DNA from: Octopus sinensis
Lineage: Eukaryota
Assembly (NCBI RefSeq): GCF_006345805.1
Contig: NC_043008.1
Coordinates: 46,562,001-46,626,000, forward strand
Length of the DNA: 64,000 nt
Reading direction: 5' to 3'
Shown here: in pieces, positions 42,520 through 56,620 of the stretch
How the letters are laid out: each line of letters starts with the position of its first letter
How positions within the stretch are numbered: the first letter of the stretch is position 1
Made by a program: the position numbers and the translations under genes
The notes under the pieces: generated by a model
What the model was told of the DNA's origin: nothing
Seen by the model: the letters and a program-made list of their open reading frames with translations, nothing else
Database searches by the model: none

Positions 42520-43260
42520 GACACCAGATAGACAATATTCTGGGTTGAACTTTACTGAGGTGGCTATATCTGGAGAGAAGAGTGGGACAGAGTGGAGGGC
42601 TGAGTAATTGACGGACAAGATGAGCCAGTGTGTAGCTTCAGTGGCTACAATGGTGGCGAAAGAGAGGCGATAGCAAGTCTATAAGCGAGAAGTATGTATC
42701 CATTAGTGACGGAGGGGTAAGTAATGGCTTGGCCTTTCTCTGGATGCGATCCGGGAGATCGGTAAAGTAGATATGAACTCAGTTTTTGAATGTGTTCTTT
42801 ATTTCAGTTTTGATGAGCGGCAGCAACCGCTGGAGACGAAATATCTACTGGACCCAAAGACAATTACTCGTCTGTGTGATTCGGTCCTAAACCACGGATT
42901 CGCTTTCGCTAAAAGAGATTCTCGATGATATTGGTGTATAGTATTTCTGAGCAACTGTTAAAACTCCTATATCGCAGTAATGTTTTTCGTATATGAGCAA
43001 GGCTTAACTGTTTACGCTATTAAATGAGGCAATTCTTTTAAGACCCCACTGCAGGATGCTCTTAATATCTCTGTTTATGGAATAAGTACAGGATTGGCTT
43101 GAGGTGTAAAGACAGCGTGTGGGTGATGCCTAGCTCGGGATCGTTAGAGAGCAACAAAGGTTTGCAGCATCTACATATGCGTTGGTGTTGTTAGGTGTGA
43201 GGGCAAGCAGGTCATTGAAAGACAGAAGGAGAGAAATGATCCGTAGGAAATCACAGGGTA
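42520..43260 (-). mobile_element. CR1/Jockey-like LINE RT C-terminal remnant
   Basis: Broken frames include DRIQRKAKPLL and RLAIASLSP, resembling LDRIQRRA...RR.VASL..FY of CR1-group LINEs. Confidence 0.45.
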
Positions 43261-43370
43261 AGGAATAATGAGTTCCGCCGGCTGGGGCAGGTCAATGGAT
43301 TACTTTATAGAAATTCTAGATACATACAATTACAGATCAGTCCTCATGAATTTCTCAACCCTAGCCCTCT

Positions 43371-43425
<55 letters not shown>

Positions 43426-43468
43426 AACACACACACGTACAAACACGCACACACACACACATATATAT

Positions 43469-43519
<51 letters not shown>

Positions 43520-45607
43520 CGTGTATGTACGTCTTCAGATATACATAATTTTAAAATCTCAATTATTACATTAACGCATTATGACATGAGTAAGAAAAAA
43601 TGTTCTGTGTATCAGATTGTCTCAGATAATAAACAACACATAGAAAAGTTATTGAAAATTAAAAGTTAAAGTCACAATAAAATCCATTATATATACACAT
43701 GACCTCTACATCATATATTGAAATGACACACAGAAAAAGATCATTGAATAACAACTTGAAATGGAGAAAATTCGAGAACAATATTAGTAATTATTCACAA
43801 AAATATGGAGGGAACTGAATTTATCAGGGAATGAGGAGCATAAATTAAAACATTCATGCTACATTGTTAAATATCGAATATTAAATACTGGGCGAGTGTG
43901 AAGAGTGTTATTACCAATAACATTATTTTGAAATTCAAAAGTCTTTTTCATTGTAACTATGGCCATTTAATTCTTCGCCCTAATTCTGATCAACTGCAGC
44001 CTCATCAAAATCATTGCCATGTTCACAATTATAATTAGTATTAATGCTCGTTAATATCATCATCAGCGTAATCATCATCATTATAATATTACCGTCACAA
44101 TGGTATTTTACAATCACCAGGCAAGGTTGAATATTATCATTATTATCACTTGAACAATTAATGCTTGTACCCACAGGTCATGAAAAAAGCTTCAATTATT
44201 TAAATATGATTACAAATTTAATAAACACAGAAAATAGTTTTTCAAAGAAAATTACTTGTGTATTTTTTTTTTTTTTTGTTGAAAATATACAAAACTGATT
44301 CAGAGAAAAAAAAGATTAAAACCAGGAAAATGAAACGTTTAGGTTTGGCCAAATAAATGTGGTTTTGATAATGACAATTTTCTCATGAAAATTATAAGTC
44401 AAATACATACATATATGTGTGTGTGTGGCTGTGTGTGTGTCTGTCTATCTGTTTCAATGTGTATGTATGTATGTATAAGTAGATAGTTGCGTACGGACAT
44501 ATTTTATTGCTTGTAAGTCTTTTGTGTATCGAAACATTCTGTGCGATAAATCATATCAGATTAAGATAGAAAATAGATGCTATCAGCTTAAATTTGGTTC
44601 ATTATAGCAGAGTAATAAGGTTATTATAATTAATTATTCTAAGACCCGTTGAATGGCACGTTTGTGTGGCATGGATGCGCCTTACCATTAACAGAACTAC
44701 GGGTATTCAGCAGCATTTTGGATGCATTGCAACCAAAAAAGTATGAAGAATTCTTATTGTATTTTAATTCAGTCTGTCTATGAACGCATGCGAAGGCGTG
44801 TGTAGGTGGAAACATGTAGGTCAATGTAAGTTTGCGGCTTGTAGAGAAAATTCTTTACCAATAATCTTTGTTTCAGGAAACTATGCTTAGCATAGTTAAT
44901 TAAGAAGATAGATATATGTAAATAAAAAAAATATAAAATAAATATTGTTACAATGCACAACGTATGAAAACTGTTTGTAGATGTGTGTGTGTATGGGTGT
45001 TGATATCGTTCATTGAAATACATAAGTGAAACATACATACAAAACACACACACAAGATAAAGCTGCGGTGCTTTGGTGCACAAATACTCTTTAGCATTTG
45101 TTCTCCTCAGGAACACACAGCGTCTGTTTGCTCTACCATCGTCATAAATGCTGTGAGGCACCGTTTTGTCGGCTGGTGGAGCAAACGTACCGCAAAATCG
45201 ATGTTAATTTTGAAACAATAATTTTTCGTATTTTCTTTAATGTGTTGTGAAATCAAAAATGAAATGTGGTGTTTTTTGTGATAGGATTGGATTAGCAATG
45301 AAGGAAACCACACATAGACATGTATCCGCCCCCCAAAAATAATTGCACGTGGAATGATTTGAGAGATGGCTTAAAAACCATTAATGTTGTCGATTGATTA
45401 GCGAAATGAGGGAAATGTCTGTTCCTAGCGGTACAACGACTGAAAAATTGATGAATATTAAAAACACATTTGTACCTGTCCTATGTTCATGTGGAACAAG
45501 ATTTATCTATTCAATCCATCATTGTCACCTGTTTCATTGTTGTCCTTTTGCATACTTACATCTTAACGGATTACAGCTATATATATATATATATATATAA
45601 TATATAT

Positions 45608-45655
<48 letters not shown>

Positions 45656-45727
45656 GGAGTAAACACATAAATGTGAAACAAGGTGGTAAGAAGAGTACTC
45701 AAATACCAGGGATAGAGTAATATGCTT

Positions 45728-45795
45728 TATTTAAAAGCAGCAGAATTCAACAAAACAGAGTAACAGGTTTTGATGAATTTCTGCTGCCTTTAAAT
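45728..45795. repeat. Short inverted repeat
   Basis: tttaaaagcagcagaattcaacaaaac / gttttgatgaatttctgctgcctttaaa with a 10-nt spacer. Confidence 0.7.
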
Positions 45796-46635
45796 AATAT
45801 ATATATATATATTGTGCTATTAATCTAACCATAAAACGAATTGTAGCTTAACAATCTTCACTATTAAAAGCATAAAACTAATATTCACTGAGTAAAGAAC
45901 CAAATAAATGCTTAGTTTTTAATACTAATTGTCATTCTATTGAACATGACTTGGCAGTTTCTCGTCCAGACATTTATTCAGACGATCAGAGGAAAGCGAG
46001 CAACAGATCTTAAGCATATTGTGTAAGTGACAGAAAAGCATGAACGGCACGGGTGAGTGGGAGAGAAGGAGGAAATATAATATGGGCAAGAAGGGCGCAA
46101 ATCAGTCCCATTACTTCTGGATATATTTGTTGGATATTTTAGGAATGGATGCGTGATTTAAATAAAGAAGTAGTTCTAGATATGTTGTAACTTAAAGACG
46201 TTGTACTCATCTAAATGTACAAAAAACGCAAGCACATATATGTAAATATAGACGCATATGTAGACACAAACGCACAGCCATAGACACAAACACACCCATA
46301 TAGACACAACGCGCACATATACACACACAAACGCACATACATCTACACAAACGCTCGGACCATGTGTTTTGCTCTTGAGCAAAGTACTTGATTTCACGTT
46401 ACTCGGCGATCATTTCATCACCTGAGATGTGGCACATCGTGTGGCTTGTACAATGAATGTCGATTTGATGGAGGGAGGGGGGAGCTTCTGCAATCACAGA
46501 CATTTGATCACCATAAGCAAATCATCTGTTTGGTTGTTCAGCAACAAATTGCGGAACCCTCTTGCGTTATTTAACGATGAATACACAGTATTTACACACA
46601 CACAGACCATACATACAGACAGACAGGCAAAGAGG

Positions 46636-46692
<57 letters not shown>

Positions 46693-47099
46693 GCAGGCGT
46701 GCATACATAAACGTGTAAACATGTTAGTCGGCAAAGAATAGCTTCTATTCGAGTCACCGTGCACGATTAACGAAAAAACACCGATTCGTGATTACTTATA
46801 GGTAATGGGGAATTCCTGTGCCCACGTGGGCAGGGGTCACCACTGGTGGTGCACTGTCATCGGGAACAAAGCATTGCCAATGTCAATAGAAACGTACCGT
46901 TGGAGGGGTCACTACGTTGTGAAATCGATTTCCTCATCACATATACAATATTGCATGTGTGAATGCGTGTGCGTGTATGTGTGTCTCTGGGTGGGCTTAT
47001 GTAAGAATGCTCACAAATATACATAAGTCTATATAGTTGTATATACATGTATGCGAGTGTGTATATATATTGTGTATCTATGCCAACTAAAGTTAGAGC

Positions 47100-47680
47100 T
47101 TAGAGCACATGTGTTCAGCCATTATTGCCCTATGGATATGAGCCATGGGTTGTTTATCGTAAGCATTTGAGGCAATTGGAACTATTACATCAATATTGTC
47201 TGAGGAATATTCTTGGGATAAATTAGAGAATGGCGATCAGTGACGTATATGTACTTGAAAGGAGTTGTAATGGGAGTGTGGAATCGGTTATTCTGCACAG
47301 TAGTTTGAGGCGAGGCGGAGATCTGGTGAGAATGAATGATTGAATACTCCCAAAACAACTTTTGTATGGTGAGCTGGAAGATTGTAAAAGGCCACCATAT
47401 AAATCCAAAGTGCGGTTCTTAAAACTGCTTTGCCAGAGACAGGGATTCCAGAAGTTAACTGTGTGGGAGAGAAGCGAAATGGATGGAGGAAAACGGTGCA
47501 CTTTGGTTGTTCGAAGTTTCAAAGCGAGAATGAAACAGGAGAAGATCAAGAGAAATCTTAGAAGGAATAAACGAATAGAAAATGAAGGAGTGTTGTTTTT
47601 TACGTGTGTGATTTGTAGGAGGAAATTCTTGAGTCGAGCAGACCGTCTCAGCCATCGGAGAAGACAGAGGAATCAGATTC
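47100..47680 (+). mobile_element. RTE-clade LINE 3' fragment
   Basis: LVRMND*ILPKQLLYGELEDCKRPPYKSKVRF...FTCVICRRKFLSRADRLSHRRR: RTE C-terminal region with terminal C2H2-like finger. Confidence 0.75.
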
Positions 47681-47952
47681 TTGCATATTCTGATACGACT
47701 ACTGCTCACGACTCTGCAAATCTTTGGCAAGGCTCAAGTGTCATAGAAGGGCCTCACATTTCATGATCAATCACTCATTTCAATGATTCTTTCCAGCAAA
47801 GGCTTTGCCCGGATGCGAGGAATCAGCCACTATATATATGTATATAAGTAAGTATATGTATGTGTACGTGTTTGCGCATATAAGGTGTAAGTACTTTATT
47901 TGTTTACAGGGAAAAAAATATTCCCCGAGGCAAAACACACTGAATGGTTTCA

Positions 47953-47986
<34 letters not shown>

Positions 47987-48033
47987 CACACACATATATG
48001 CATGCATACATATATACACATACATATAATGAT

Positions 48034-48078
<45 letters not shown>

Positions 48079-50309
48079 TAATCACACACGTGTGTGTGTG
48101 TGTGTATCTGCGCCTATATGTATAGCATTTTTTGCAAAGGGGATTTAGAGACTGCCATAGCAATTGTGATCCGTGACGCAATTGTGACGGCAGGTATCCC
48201 CACAGATAACTGTCTAGATAATTGTGGAGATATCGCATCTACAGGAAATGGCAAATTCTGTTCGAAATATTTAACGCTGGAATCGAAAATTGTAGCATTT
48301 ATAATTTTGCCTATGAAAACTTAACTTTTGAATGCTTTCCAATTGCCTCTGTCGCATAGGCTGATCTGCACAACACTATAGTCATGAAATAAGATGAGCC
48401 GCGTAGGAAAGCTGTTGTCGACTCGTCCATAGACTCGTCCACCTCACTCTTCAACACATCATAACAGTTAATCATTTCTGCCGATAGCGTTTAGATCACT
48501 TAAACTGCCTGAAGACTCTGTCTTGGCGGATAATATATTCTCCAGCGACTGTTCTTAAAATATTCTTGTTCAATTACAAATATATTGTGCTGTGTGAAGC
48601 TCAAATTAAAACAGGAAAGTACCGCTGTGTGCTATAGACCGAGTGCGTGTGTATGGAGTGGGGTGCGTGTTTGCTTTTAATCAAATGCCCTGTGAGAGTT
48701 TCCATGAACGTGAAGGTATTCGTTAATTAAGCTTTGTGGAAGTATTTAGCCCACTTGAATAAAGAATATATTTCAAGTCCAGTTTTTAAGCTTGGAATGG
48801 TCAATGTGCAAATAAATATATTCATACGCCGATGAAAGTCATTAGTTGATGACGTAGGCTGTTTACTACTAAAAATCGTATCTCCCAATATATTTATTTC
48901 CAATGAGAAACGCGTGAACTTGTAAACTCTTACTGGAGGCATACATACTGATATATACGTATACATGCACTCATTATGAAGATGTCTGTATATTCTGTGT
49001 ATCCTAATGTAATCTGTTTTGTTCCATGCCCACCCTGGCGATTTTCCATAGAAGGTATTTAAAATGCAAAATTTAATATTTATATGTTTGGGGATTCTAA
49101 TTTTGTTTGTGAAGCGAAACAATTATTGGTGAATATGTTGATTAAATAATAAATTAATCTGTATCCATTAAGTCTTTTTGTTTTCAAACTTGATGAAAAA
49201 TGTTTGATTTTTAGGGTATTCTATAGAATACATTCATTGAAGAATTATCTCATATATTAAACAAGTTTATCTTGGATAAATATTTCTATAAGAGGCTTAA
49301 ATATCCTCATTATGACTATACATATGTGCGTTTGCGATTGTGTGTGTATGTATGTGTGTGTCATGTGTAAGAGACTTCTGATCGTGTATGTACATATATA
49401 TGTGTGCTAATACACCTGAAATAGTTGATTATTCAAGAGGTATCAGAACATAAAGCAAGAAACTTGCTGCTCTCTGTCACTGCAGCTGCTCTTGGTATTT
49501 CCGAGCTTTATACATTGTTTTTTAACCTTGTTGAGGGGGATCACCTCATCTGTGGTATTCTTAGCAGTAATTACTTTCGGGTTATTTAAATGTATATCTG
49601 CGAGATCAGATACCACGAGGACCGCATTCCCTGAAATGATGGCAAAATGCAGCCAGAGCATAGACAAAAATCACTTCAATGGTGATCAGCGTCGGATAAC
49701 TTTCTTCCAGGTCATTTTTTCCGAAACGATTGTCAAATCAATAAGTGCAATACCATTAAAGATATCAATTTTCGATTGGTTGTGGTATGATTTAAGAAGG
49801 CATGTTTGCAAAATCATTGGTTTATTTCACTGAAACTATGAATATCATTGCATAAAAATCAAATATAATGGAATCCATGCGTATCTACATTCGCTCAAAG
49901 CTACTCTCTCTCTCTCTCTTGCACCCCACCAAGAAAAAGCCCACTGCGTGTGTGTATGTGAGTGGCTGTCAGTAAATGTAGATATGAAAGGATTCTATTA
50001 TATTTGAGTATTATGTAAGGATATTCATTATTTCAGTGACATATGCACATGATTTTGCAAATATAGGTTCCAAACGTCATACCTTGACCAATCAAAAATT
50101 GATATCTTTAACGTTATCGGGCTTATTGTTTTCACAGTCGTTTTACCTCATTGTCAGATTTCTATAGATTCCGAGAGTATTTGAGTCACTCACCATCTCG
50201 AAAAGATATCTGCGTATAGATATAGGTCTGATCATGGAAACAAACACACCTACTTACACACTTGTTTATGTATGTATGTATATACACACAACCATACAAA
50301 CACGGATAT

Positions 50310-50377
50310 ATACATATATATATATTATATATATACACACATACATATATATATATATATATACACATGTATATATA

Positions 50378-50408
<31 letters not shown>

Positions 50409-50812
50409 AATAATAAATATTAGGGAATAAATCCAAATTTACAGGGAAAAAATCAGATTTATGATTAAATCGATTTTATAGTAAAATATTATAAAATATT
50501 ATTCGAGACAAAACCACTACTTTGCAAAACAAACAAGGAAAGACTTAATCAATACATAAAATTTTAATAAATAGTCAAAAAAAACCGCCACTACAATCGT
50601 TTCTTGTCTTGATCGACAATCTTCAGGTGGACTTCCAATAATTCAGTGTCAAATTTGACACTGAATTATTGGAAGTCCACCTGAAGATTGTCGATCAAGA
50701 CAAGAAACGATTGTAGTGGCGGTTTTTTTGACTATTTATTAAAATTTTATGTATTGATTAAGTCTTTCCTTGTTTGTTTTGCAAAATAGTGGTTTTGTCT
50801 CGAATAATATTT

Positions 50813-50843
<31 letters not shown>

Positions 50844-50866
50844 ATATATATATATATATACACATG

Positions 50867-50899
<33 letters not shown>

Positions 50900-51307
50900 T
50901 ATATATATAAATAATAAATATTAGGGAATAAATCCAAATTTACAGGGAAAAAATCAGATTTATGATTAAATCGATTTTATAGTAAAATATTATAAAATAT
51001 TATTCGAGACAAAACCACTATTTTGCAAAACAAACAAGGAAAGACTTAATCAATACATAAAATTTTAATAAATAGTCAAAAAAAACCGCCACTACAATCG
51101 TTTCTTGTCTTGATCGACAATCTTCAGGTGGACTTCCAATAATTCAGTGTCAAATTTGACACTGAATTATTGGAAGTCCACCTGAAGATTGTCGATCAAG
51201 ACAAGAAACGATTGTAGTGGCGGTTTTTTTGACTATTTATTAAAATTTTATGTATTGATTAAGTCTTTCCTTGTTTGTTTTGCAAAATAGTGGTTTTGTC
51301 TCGAATA

Positions 51308-51315
<8 letters not shown>
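50310..51315. repeat. Tandem duplication (period 501 bp) of a spacerless ~326-bp palindrome carrying hammerhead motifs
   Basis: Symmetry centres at 50653/50654 and 51154/51155 (gtgtcaaa|tttgacac); the copies differ at 50520 (C) vs 51021 (T) and in homopolymer/microsatellite length. Confidence 0.9.
50677..50719 (+). ncRNA. Minimal type-I hammerhead ribozyme motif (identical copies at 50588-50630 minus, 51089-51131 minus, 51178-51220 plus)
   Basis: CCAC-CUGAAGA-UUGUC(gaucaa)GACAA-GAAAC-gauu-GUA-GUGG: intact core, perfect stems I and II. Confidence 0.75.
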
Positions 51316-51351
<36 letters not shown>

Positions 51352-51420
51352 TATATATATATATATACATGTATATATGTATGTATGTATATGGAAGCAT
51401 ACAAGTATATCTGTGGGCTT

Positions 51421-51471
<51 letters not shown>

Positions 51472-53340
51472 TAGATAGATAGATAGAAGATAGAGGGATA
51501 AATAGATTGACTGACTGACAGATAGATTGATAGATAAATATGCTTGTACCGGTATACCTACAATTATACTCTTATATATATATATGTGTGTGTGTGTGAG
51601 CGTGCGAATATCAGGCCCCAAGGGCCGTAAGCTGCAACAAATCATAAATACATAAATGGAAGCTTATACATTGTCATATATCAAACTGGTAATGTATCAA
51701 TTACTTACCAATTTCCTACAGTATCAGACACACGAGAAATTAGTTGATTCATGAAATTATTATCTTTCCTCCCGTAAAAAGAAAATACAGTTTCAACATC
51801 CTGTAAATAATATTTTAATAGTCATTCAGTCTAATATTAAATGCAATATCATATGTTGCTTTCAATTCCTTAACGCTGCCACCTAATTAATAGTAAATTT
51901 CATTATTGTTGGACAAGAAATATCATGGGTATTGCTGGAAATGAAATGAACTCGGAAATTGAATGTTACGAGCGGTTCAATGTTCTGAATGATAGGACTT
52001 TCACTGAAACAGAACAACACACCTCGATGATGTACGAGTATAAAACGAGTAAATGAAGGTGTACAGGATACCTTCCACCAACCTTATTTCGTATCTGTAA
52101 GTCATTGTTAAGGAGAACAGTTAAAAGAGCAGAACGTGAAAGAAATGGTGAACTGTCGTTGGCAGAACAGACCTCTACATACGAAACTAAGAAACAGGAA
52201 TTATGCACGCCTGCAGATGTTATAGAATTTTGATAAATTGAAGAACACATCGTACTTAATTTTAATGCTGTTATATGAACTAATGACACACATTTTCGTA
52301 ACAAATTTAAGATGTATTATCTTATTAAGAATATACTCAACTTTAAATTGTATTCCTAAATATAATTAGTTAACCCGTTGCTCTTTCTTACACACACGTC
52401 TCTGCGTACAAGTATGATGAGTAGTACGTTTGTGTGTGTGTTCGTCTACTGTAATACACTACTGGAAATTAATGATCTCTTTGATTACGATAACGAGTAT
52501 CATTTCTTCCGTTTACATGTTTGTGTGTGTACGAATATCATCCGCATTTTTCAATCGTAAATAACCTGTGCATTTTTATTGCTTCTAAAAGAAAATACTG
52601 TTGCTGTTTCCCTTAAACTTATGAATTTAAGTGTGTGTTTGTGTTAGTATGTTCGCTTGTGTGTGCATGTGTTTGTATTTGTGTATGTGTGTTTGTGTGC
52701 GTGTGTGTGTGTTTGTTTATGTGCGTGTGTTTGCGCATGTGTGCGTTTGTGTGTGCGTGTGTGTTTGAATGCGTGTGCATGTGTTTCTGTGTGTGCGTGT
52801 GTTTGTGTGTGCGTGTTTGTTTGCGTGTGTGCGTGTTTGTCATGTGTGTGTGCTTTTGTGTGCATGTTTGTGTGTGTGTGTGTTTGCTTGTGTTAATATG
52901 AACAGGAAATAAACAATTTTGATGGTTTTCCTGTCCTCATTATTTATTCACAGCTGTGTAAGAGTTTATTGCTGCAAATTCCAGTGGCGTCAACAATATA
53001 CAGATATTTCAGTTTGTTATATTCTTAACCTGGGGAATTGCGAAGAACTGTGCCATGTGAAATCAATTATACCAATGACGCAATGAATAATAAATATCTT
53101 CTCTCGTTTATATATGACGTCGTTCAAGATTCCAGTTCAGATCGGGATAAACCCATATTGTTCTTAATAATTCTATATACACCAGACATACACATACTCA
53201 TTGTCACACATATGCATACATAAATTGACGTTCACAAGCATCAGAATTTTATTTTTGGTGATGTGTATGTTTATTTGTTGAGAGCATGCAGTCTGTAGCT
53301 AATAAATTGTTGTAGTAGCGGACATCATTTCGGTTTTGTG

Positions 53341-54648
53341 TCATATATATTGCCTGGCGGAGCGTTTCTTTACTACTAAACACATCAATGCATAAAGATC
53401 TTTCCTGAAGGAGGGGTTTAAGAATGCATATATTACAGGGTTAGCTACATTATAACAAAAATATGCGTAGAAGATAATTGGTGTAAATTTGATTATATGG
53501 ATTGCCATTAACCAGGATGGCAAGAAAGCACAAATGAAAACTAAGTTCACCACAAACAGCATAACAGCAAGTTTAAAATTAGCGAAACGATTCTTGTCTT
53601 TCATTGTAATTTGCCGCTTTAAAGTGTTTGCTTTGGCACCTTTCTTCAAAATAATTTCTGTTTCATGGTTGGAAGCGTTGGCAGCAGACTTTCCTGCGAC
53701 TGTTGTATCTGCATCGGCTGCAGCGTTCGTAGGCGAGTTTTTGAAGACGGTTAATTCAGTGACTTCATTGTCCACCACGGTGTTCACAGTTTGGGACATG
53801 CCGCCGTTGCTGCTGAGGATCTGCTGTTGTTTCAGATGAGATTTCCAACGTTTTGCTCTGCGCCAAAACACACAACGATATATCAAGCCATAGAGTACCA
53901 AAGTACTGAGAAAAGACAACAAAAAAAGGGACGCATATACTTTCTGATATATATTTACAAAGTCTTTAGAGAAAAGGTGGAAGGTGATTTTGCAGACATA
54001 TCTCGTACAAGACTGTTCTGAATGTTCTTCATTGTCTAATGCGTTCAAATAAATATTGGTGAAATTATCGTTAAATACCTGTTCGTCGAATCTCATAAAG
54101 TCAGTTATATTCAATGCACTGTCTTTGGAAATATTAAAACTCTGAAGTACTTCCATTTCCGATGAATTTGAACATGAAACAGGCCTTGGTCTATGCATCA
54201 AAGAGGTCATTACACCCAGGGAAGATGCAAATAACAACATTGTTAATATAGTGAATATTGTGCTTTTAGGTTTCATTAAATGCAAAAAAGGATGGCATAC
54301 TGACAAATAGCGCTCGACCGCAATAGCAACCATGATAAATGCAGAGAAAGGTACATTAGATGTAATGAGGAAAAAGTACACTTTGCACAACACTTCAGAG
54401 TTTGTTTCAAAACGCATATGGATCATGTATATCGCCAGGGGAACCACTATGGAGCATGTAAGAAAATCCGTGAATGCTAATGTAATAATGAATATGGTGT
54501 GTGGCAATTTCTCTTTTTTTCTGGCAAATACACAAATTGCGAGACCATTACCCAACACACCAACAATAACAAAAAATCCAAGCATATATTCCACACTGTA
54601 CTCTGCTTCTTTTTCGGGTACAGCTGTATTATTCATCGTGTCCGCCAT
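53341..54648 (-). CDS. Class A (rhodopsin-like) 7TM G-protein coupled receptor, orphan/peptide-receptor-like, 435 aa, single coding exon
   Basis: ORF from MADTMNNT (ATG at 54648, context acagcATGG) to stop at 53341. Seven hydrophobic segments with GN (TM1, GVLGNGL), LAFTD (TM2), C3.25 (VLCKVY), ERY (TM3), FxxxFLP (TM6), NPVIY (TM7) and helix 8 (FRKDL). A polypyrimidine tract plus CAG splice acceptor lies 21 nt upstream. The first 114 aa of the 549-aa track ORF are microsatellite read-through. Confidence 0.93.
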   Translation of the reverse strand: MADTMNNTAVPEKEAEYSVEYMLGFFVIVGVLGNGLAICVFARKKEKLPHTIFIITLAFTDFLTCSIVVPLAIYMIHMRFETNSEVLCKVYFFLITSNVPFSAFIMVAIAVERYLSVCHPFLHLMKPKSTIFTILTMLLFASSLGVMTSLMHRPRPVSCSNSSEMEVLQSFNISKDSALNITDFMRFDEQVFNDNFTNIYLNALDNEEHSEQSCTRYVCKITFHLFSKDFVNIYQKVYASLFLLSFLSTLVLYGLIYRCVFWRRAKRWKSHLKQQQILSSNGGMSQTVNTVVDNEVTELTVFKNSPTNAAADADTTVAGKSAANASNHETEIILKKGAKANTLKRQITMKDKNRFANFKLAVMLFVVNLVFICAFLPSWLMAIHIIKFTPIIFYAYFCYNVANPVIYAFLNPSFRKDLYALMCLVVKKRSARQYI

Positions 54649-54668
54649 GCTGTGAATAGGGTGGAAAA

Positions 54669-54700
54669 ACTGCAAAGAGAAAAGAAAAATGACAATAATG
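54669..54700 (-). promoter_or_regulatory. 3' splice acceptor in front of the GPCR coding exon
   Basis: Minus strand reads cattattgtcatttttcttttctctttgCAG|tttttccaccctattcacagcATG; exon starts at 54669, in phase 0 with the ORF. Confidence 0.7.
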
Positions 54701-54809
54701 TGAAATGTAATAGCAAAAACATTAGGTTCGGTTACACTGTGCTGTACACACACACACACACACACCACACACACACACACACACACACCACACACACACA
54801 CAACACACA

Positions 54810-54905
<96 letters not shown>

Positions 54906-55019
54906 CACACATATATACACATATATAAAAATACACACAGACATACACACATATATATACGTGCATACATATATTAACACACGCACACACATATATGTAT
55001 ATATGTATGTATATATATA

Positions 55020-56620
55020 CCTGTAAATTTACTATGTGACAATTATTCGGTTGCCATGATAAGACTCAGAGTTTCGGATGTCGGGGTGGAAACCTACGCC
55101 GGCATCTCTTCAGTTATCGGACCATACAAAAAAATGCTATGAAAATGACCGTTAAAACAAAGGGATTAATGTGTGATTGACCGTTATTAAGTCAAAAGAG
55201 CAATTAGAATGATCGCTAAGTAAGGAGAGGGAGTAAAAGTAGGGAGTAAAATTGGTCATAGTAATCGCGTAAGCGCGCGTGTCCATACATACACTTGCGC
55301 GCACACACACTCATCTATATGCGCCTATAAGTATATACTCATCCACCCTCACATGCTCTCCCACACATTCACCAAAAAGTATATACATACCCGCGCGCAC
55401 AAAAAAAGGTTCATACACACGTCTATATACGCACATGCACAAGAAAAAAACAGGGCTAAAGACAAAATACAGAAAAATGTGTAAAAAAACTGTAAAACAT
55501 AAGCAATAAGAGTAAAACACGTCTATATACGCACATACCCGCACACGTCTATATACGCGCACACACGCGCACAAAAAATCATAAACACGTCAATATACGC
55601 ACAAGAACAAGAAACATCAGGGCTAAATGCAAAATACAGAAAAATTTATCTTAAAAAGGTGTAAAAAAACAGGCAAACGAAGTCATGGAAATCAGTACAC
55701 AGGATAAGGCCCGATAACTGAAGAGATACCGGCGTGGGTTATTGCCCGACATCCGAAAAGCGGAGTTTTATCATGGTTACCTAATAATTGTCACATATAT
55801 TTACAAATAAATTCCTCTATTTACATAATATTGAGGTCTCTTTCAGTCTTTTGTTGTCTTGCCATTTATATCAATAAGTTACCTCCCGTACACCGCTATT
55901 TTTCCGTAAGAGCTAATACAGATTATTTTGGAAAATCGCCAGGAATCGGTTGGGGATTCTGCCCCGCAGAAGAGTTCAATATGAACGACTACTACATCGA
56001 TTATTCTATGAAAACATACCTATACCATCAAAGGAACTATACTCTAAGAAATTTTTAAAGAAAATTACAGACCTTATTAAGCGCATGAGAGGGAAAGCTT
56101 TCTTTTATAACATGGAAAAGGACACTACAGAGAATATATTATATGGTATTAAATCTAAAAAATTCGCTCCATAAATCAAAGGCTTGAAAGACTTCGAAGT
56201 GGACCTACTGAAACTCATGACCAAAATAAAACTTCGTAAGCCTTTTAACACTGAAAACTGAAAAAGGATATCAATTACATAAAGAGTTCCAAAAACAAGG
56301 CACTTTTTTTTCCGATAAAAGCAAGAACTTATACCTAGTAAAAAAAACAGCACACATTCACGACTTCTAAACAACAACTTAATTATATTAATGTAGTTTC
56401 CTGCCATCTCACCATACTGCACACGAACGTCTAGACTCACCTCCGATAGAGACATTCTTAATAGCCTTGCACCAGTATAGAATAAGGCAGAAAACGATAG
56501 TGGATTTAGAAATAACCTATTCACTTGACTCTAGTCCAATAATAAAGAAGAGGCTACAGAGGATAAGGAAAACTATCTGGTTCACACCTCCCGGTTCATC
56601 CCCTGTTATCTTGGCATTTC
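55020..56620 (+). mobile_element. Internally deleted Penelope-like element with inverted pseudo-LTR
   Basis: 55030-55125 and 55705-55795 are inverted hammerhead-bearing repeats. Downstream broken ORF: DYSMKNIPIPSKELY...ITDLIKRMRGKAFFY...YGIKSKK, DFEVDLLKL, FSDKSKNLY, then RKTIWFTPP (cf. RKIIWFNPP); RT core not seen. Confidence 0.65.
55058..55118 (-). ncRNA. Type-I hammerhead motif
   Basis: GAUAA-CUGAAGA-GAUGCCGG...CCGACAUC-C-GAAAC-ucuga-GUC-UUAUC; the partner copy at 55713-55772 (+) has GAAAA/GUU. Confidence 0.6.

Noticed and set aside
54649-54990. N-terminal 114 aa of the 549-aa ORF
   Set aside because: Microsatellite read-through upstream of a clear splice acceptor; only the last 7 codons could be coding, if an upstream exon is.
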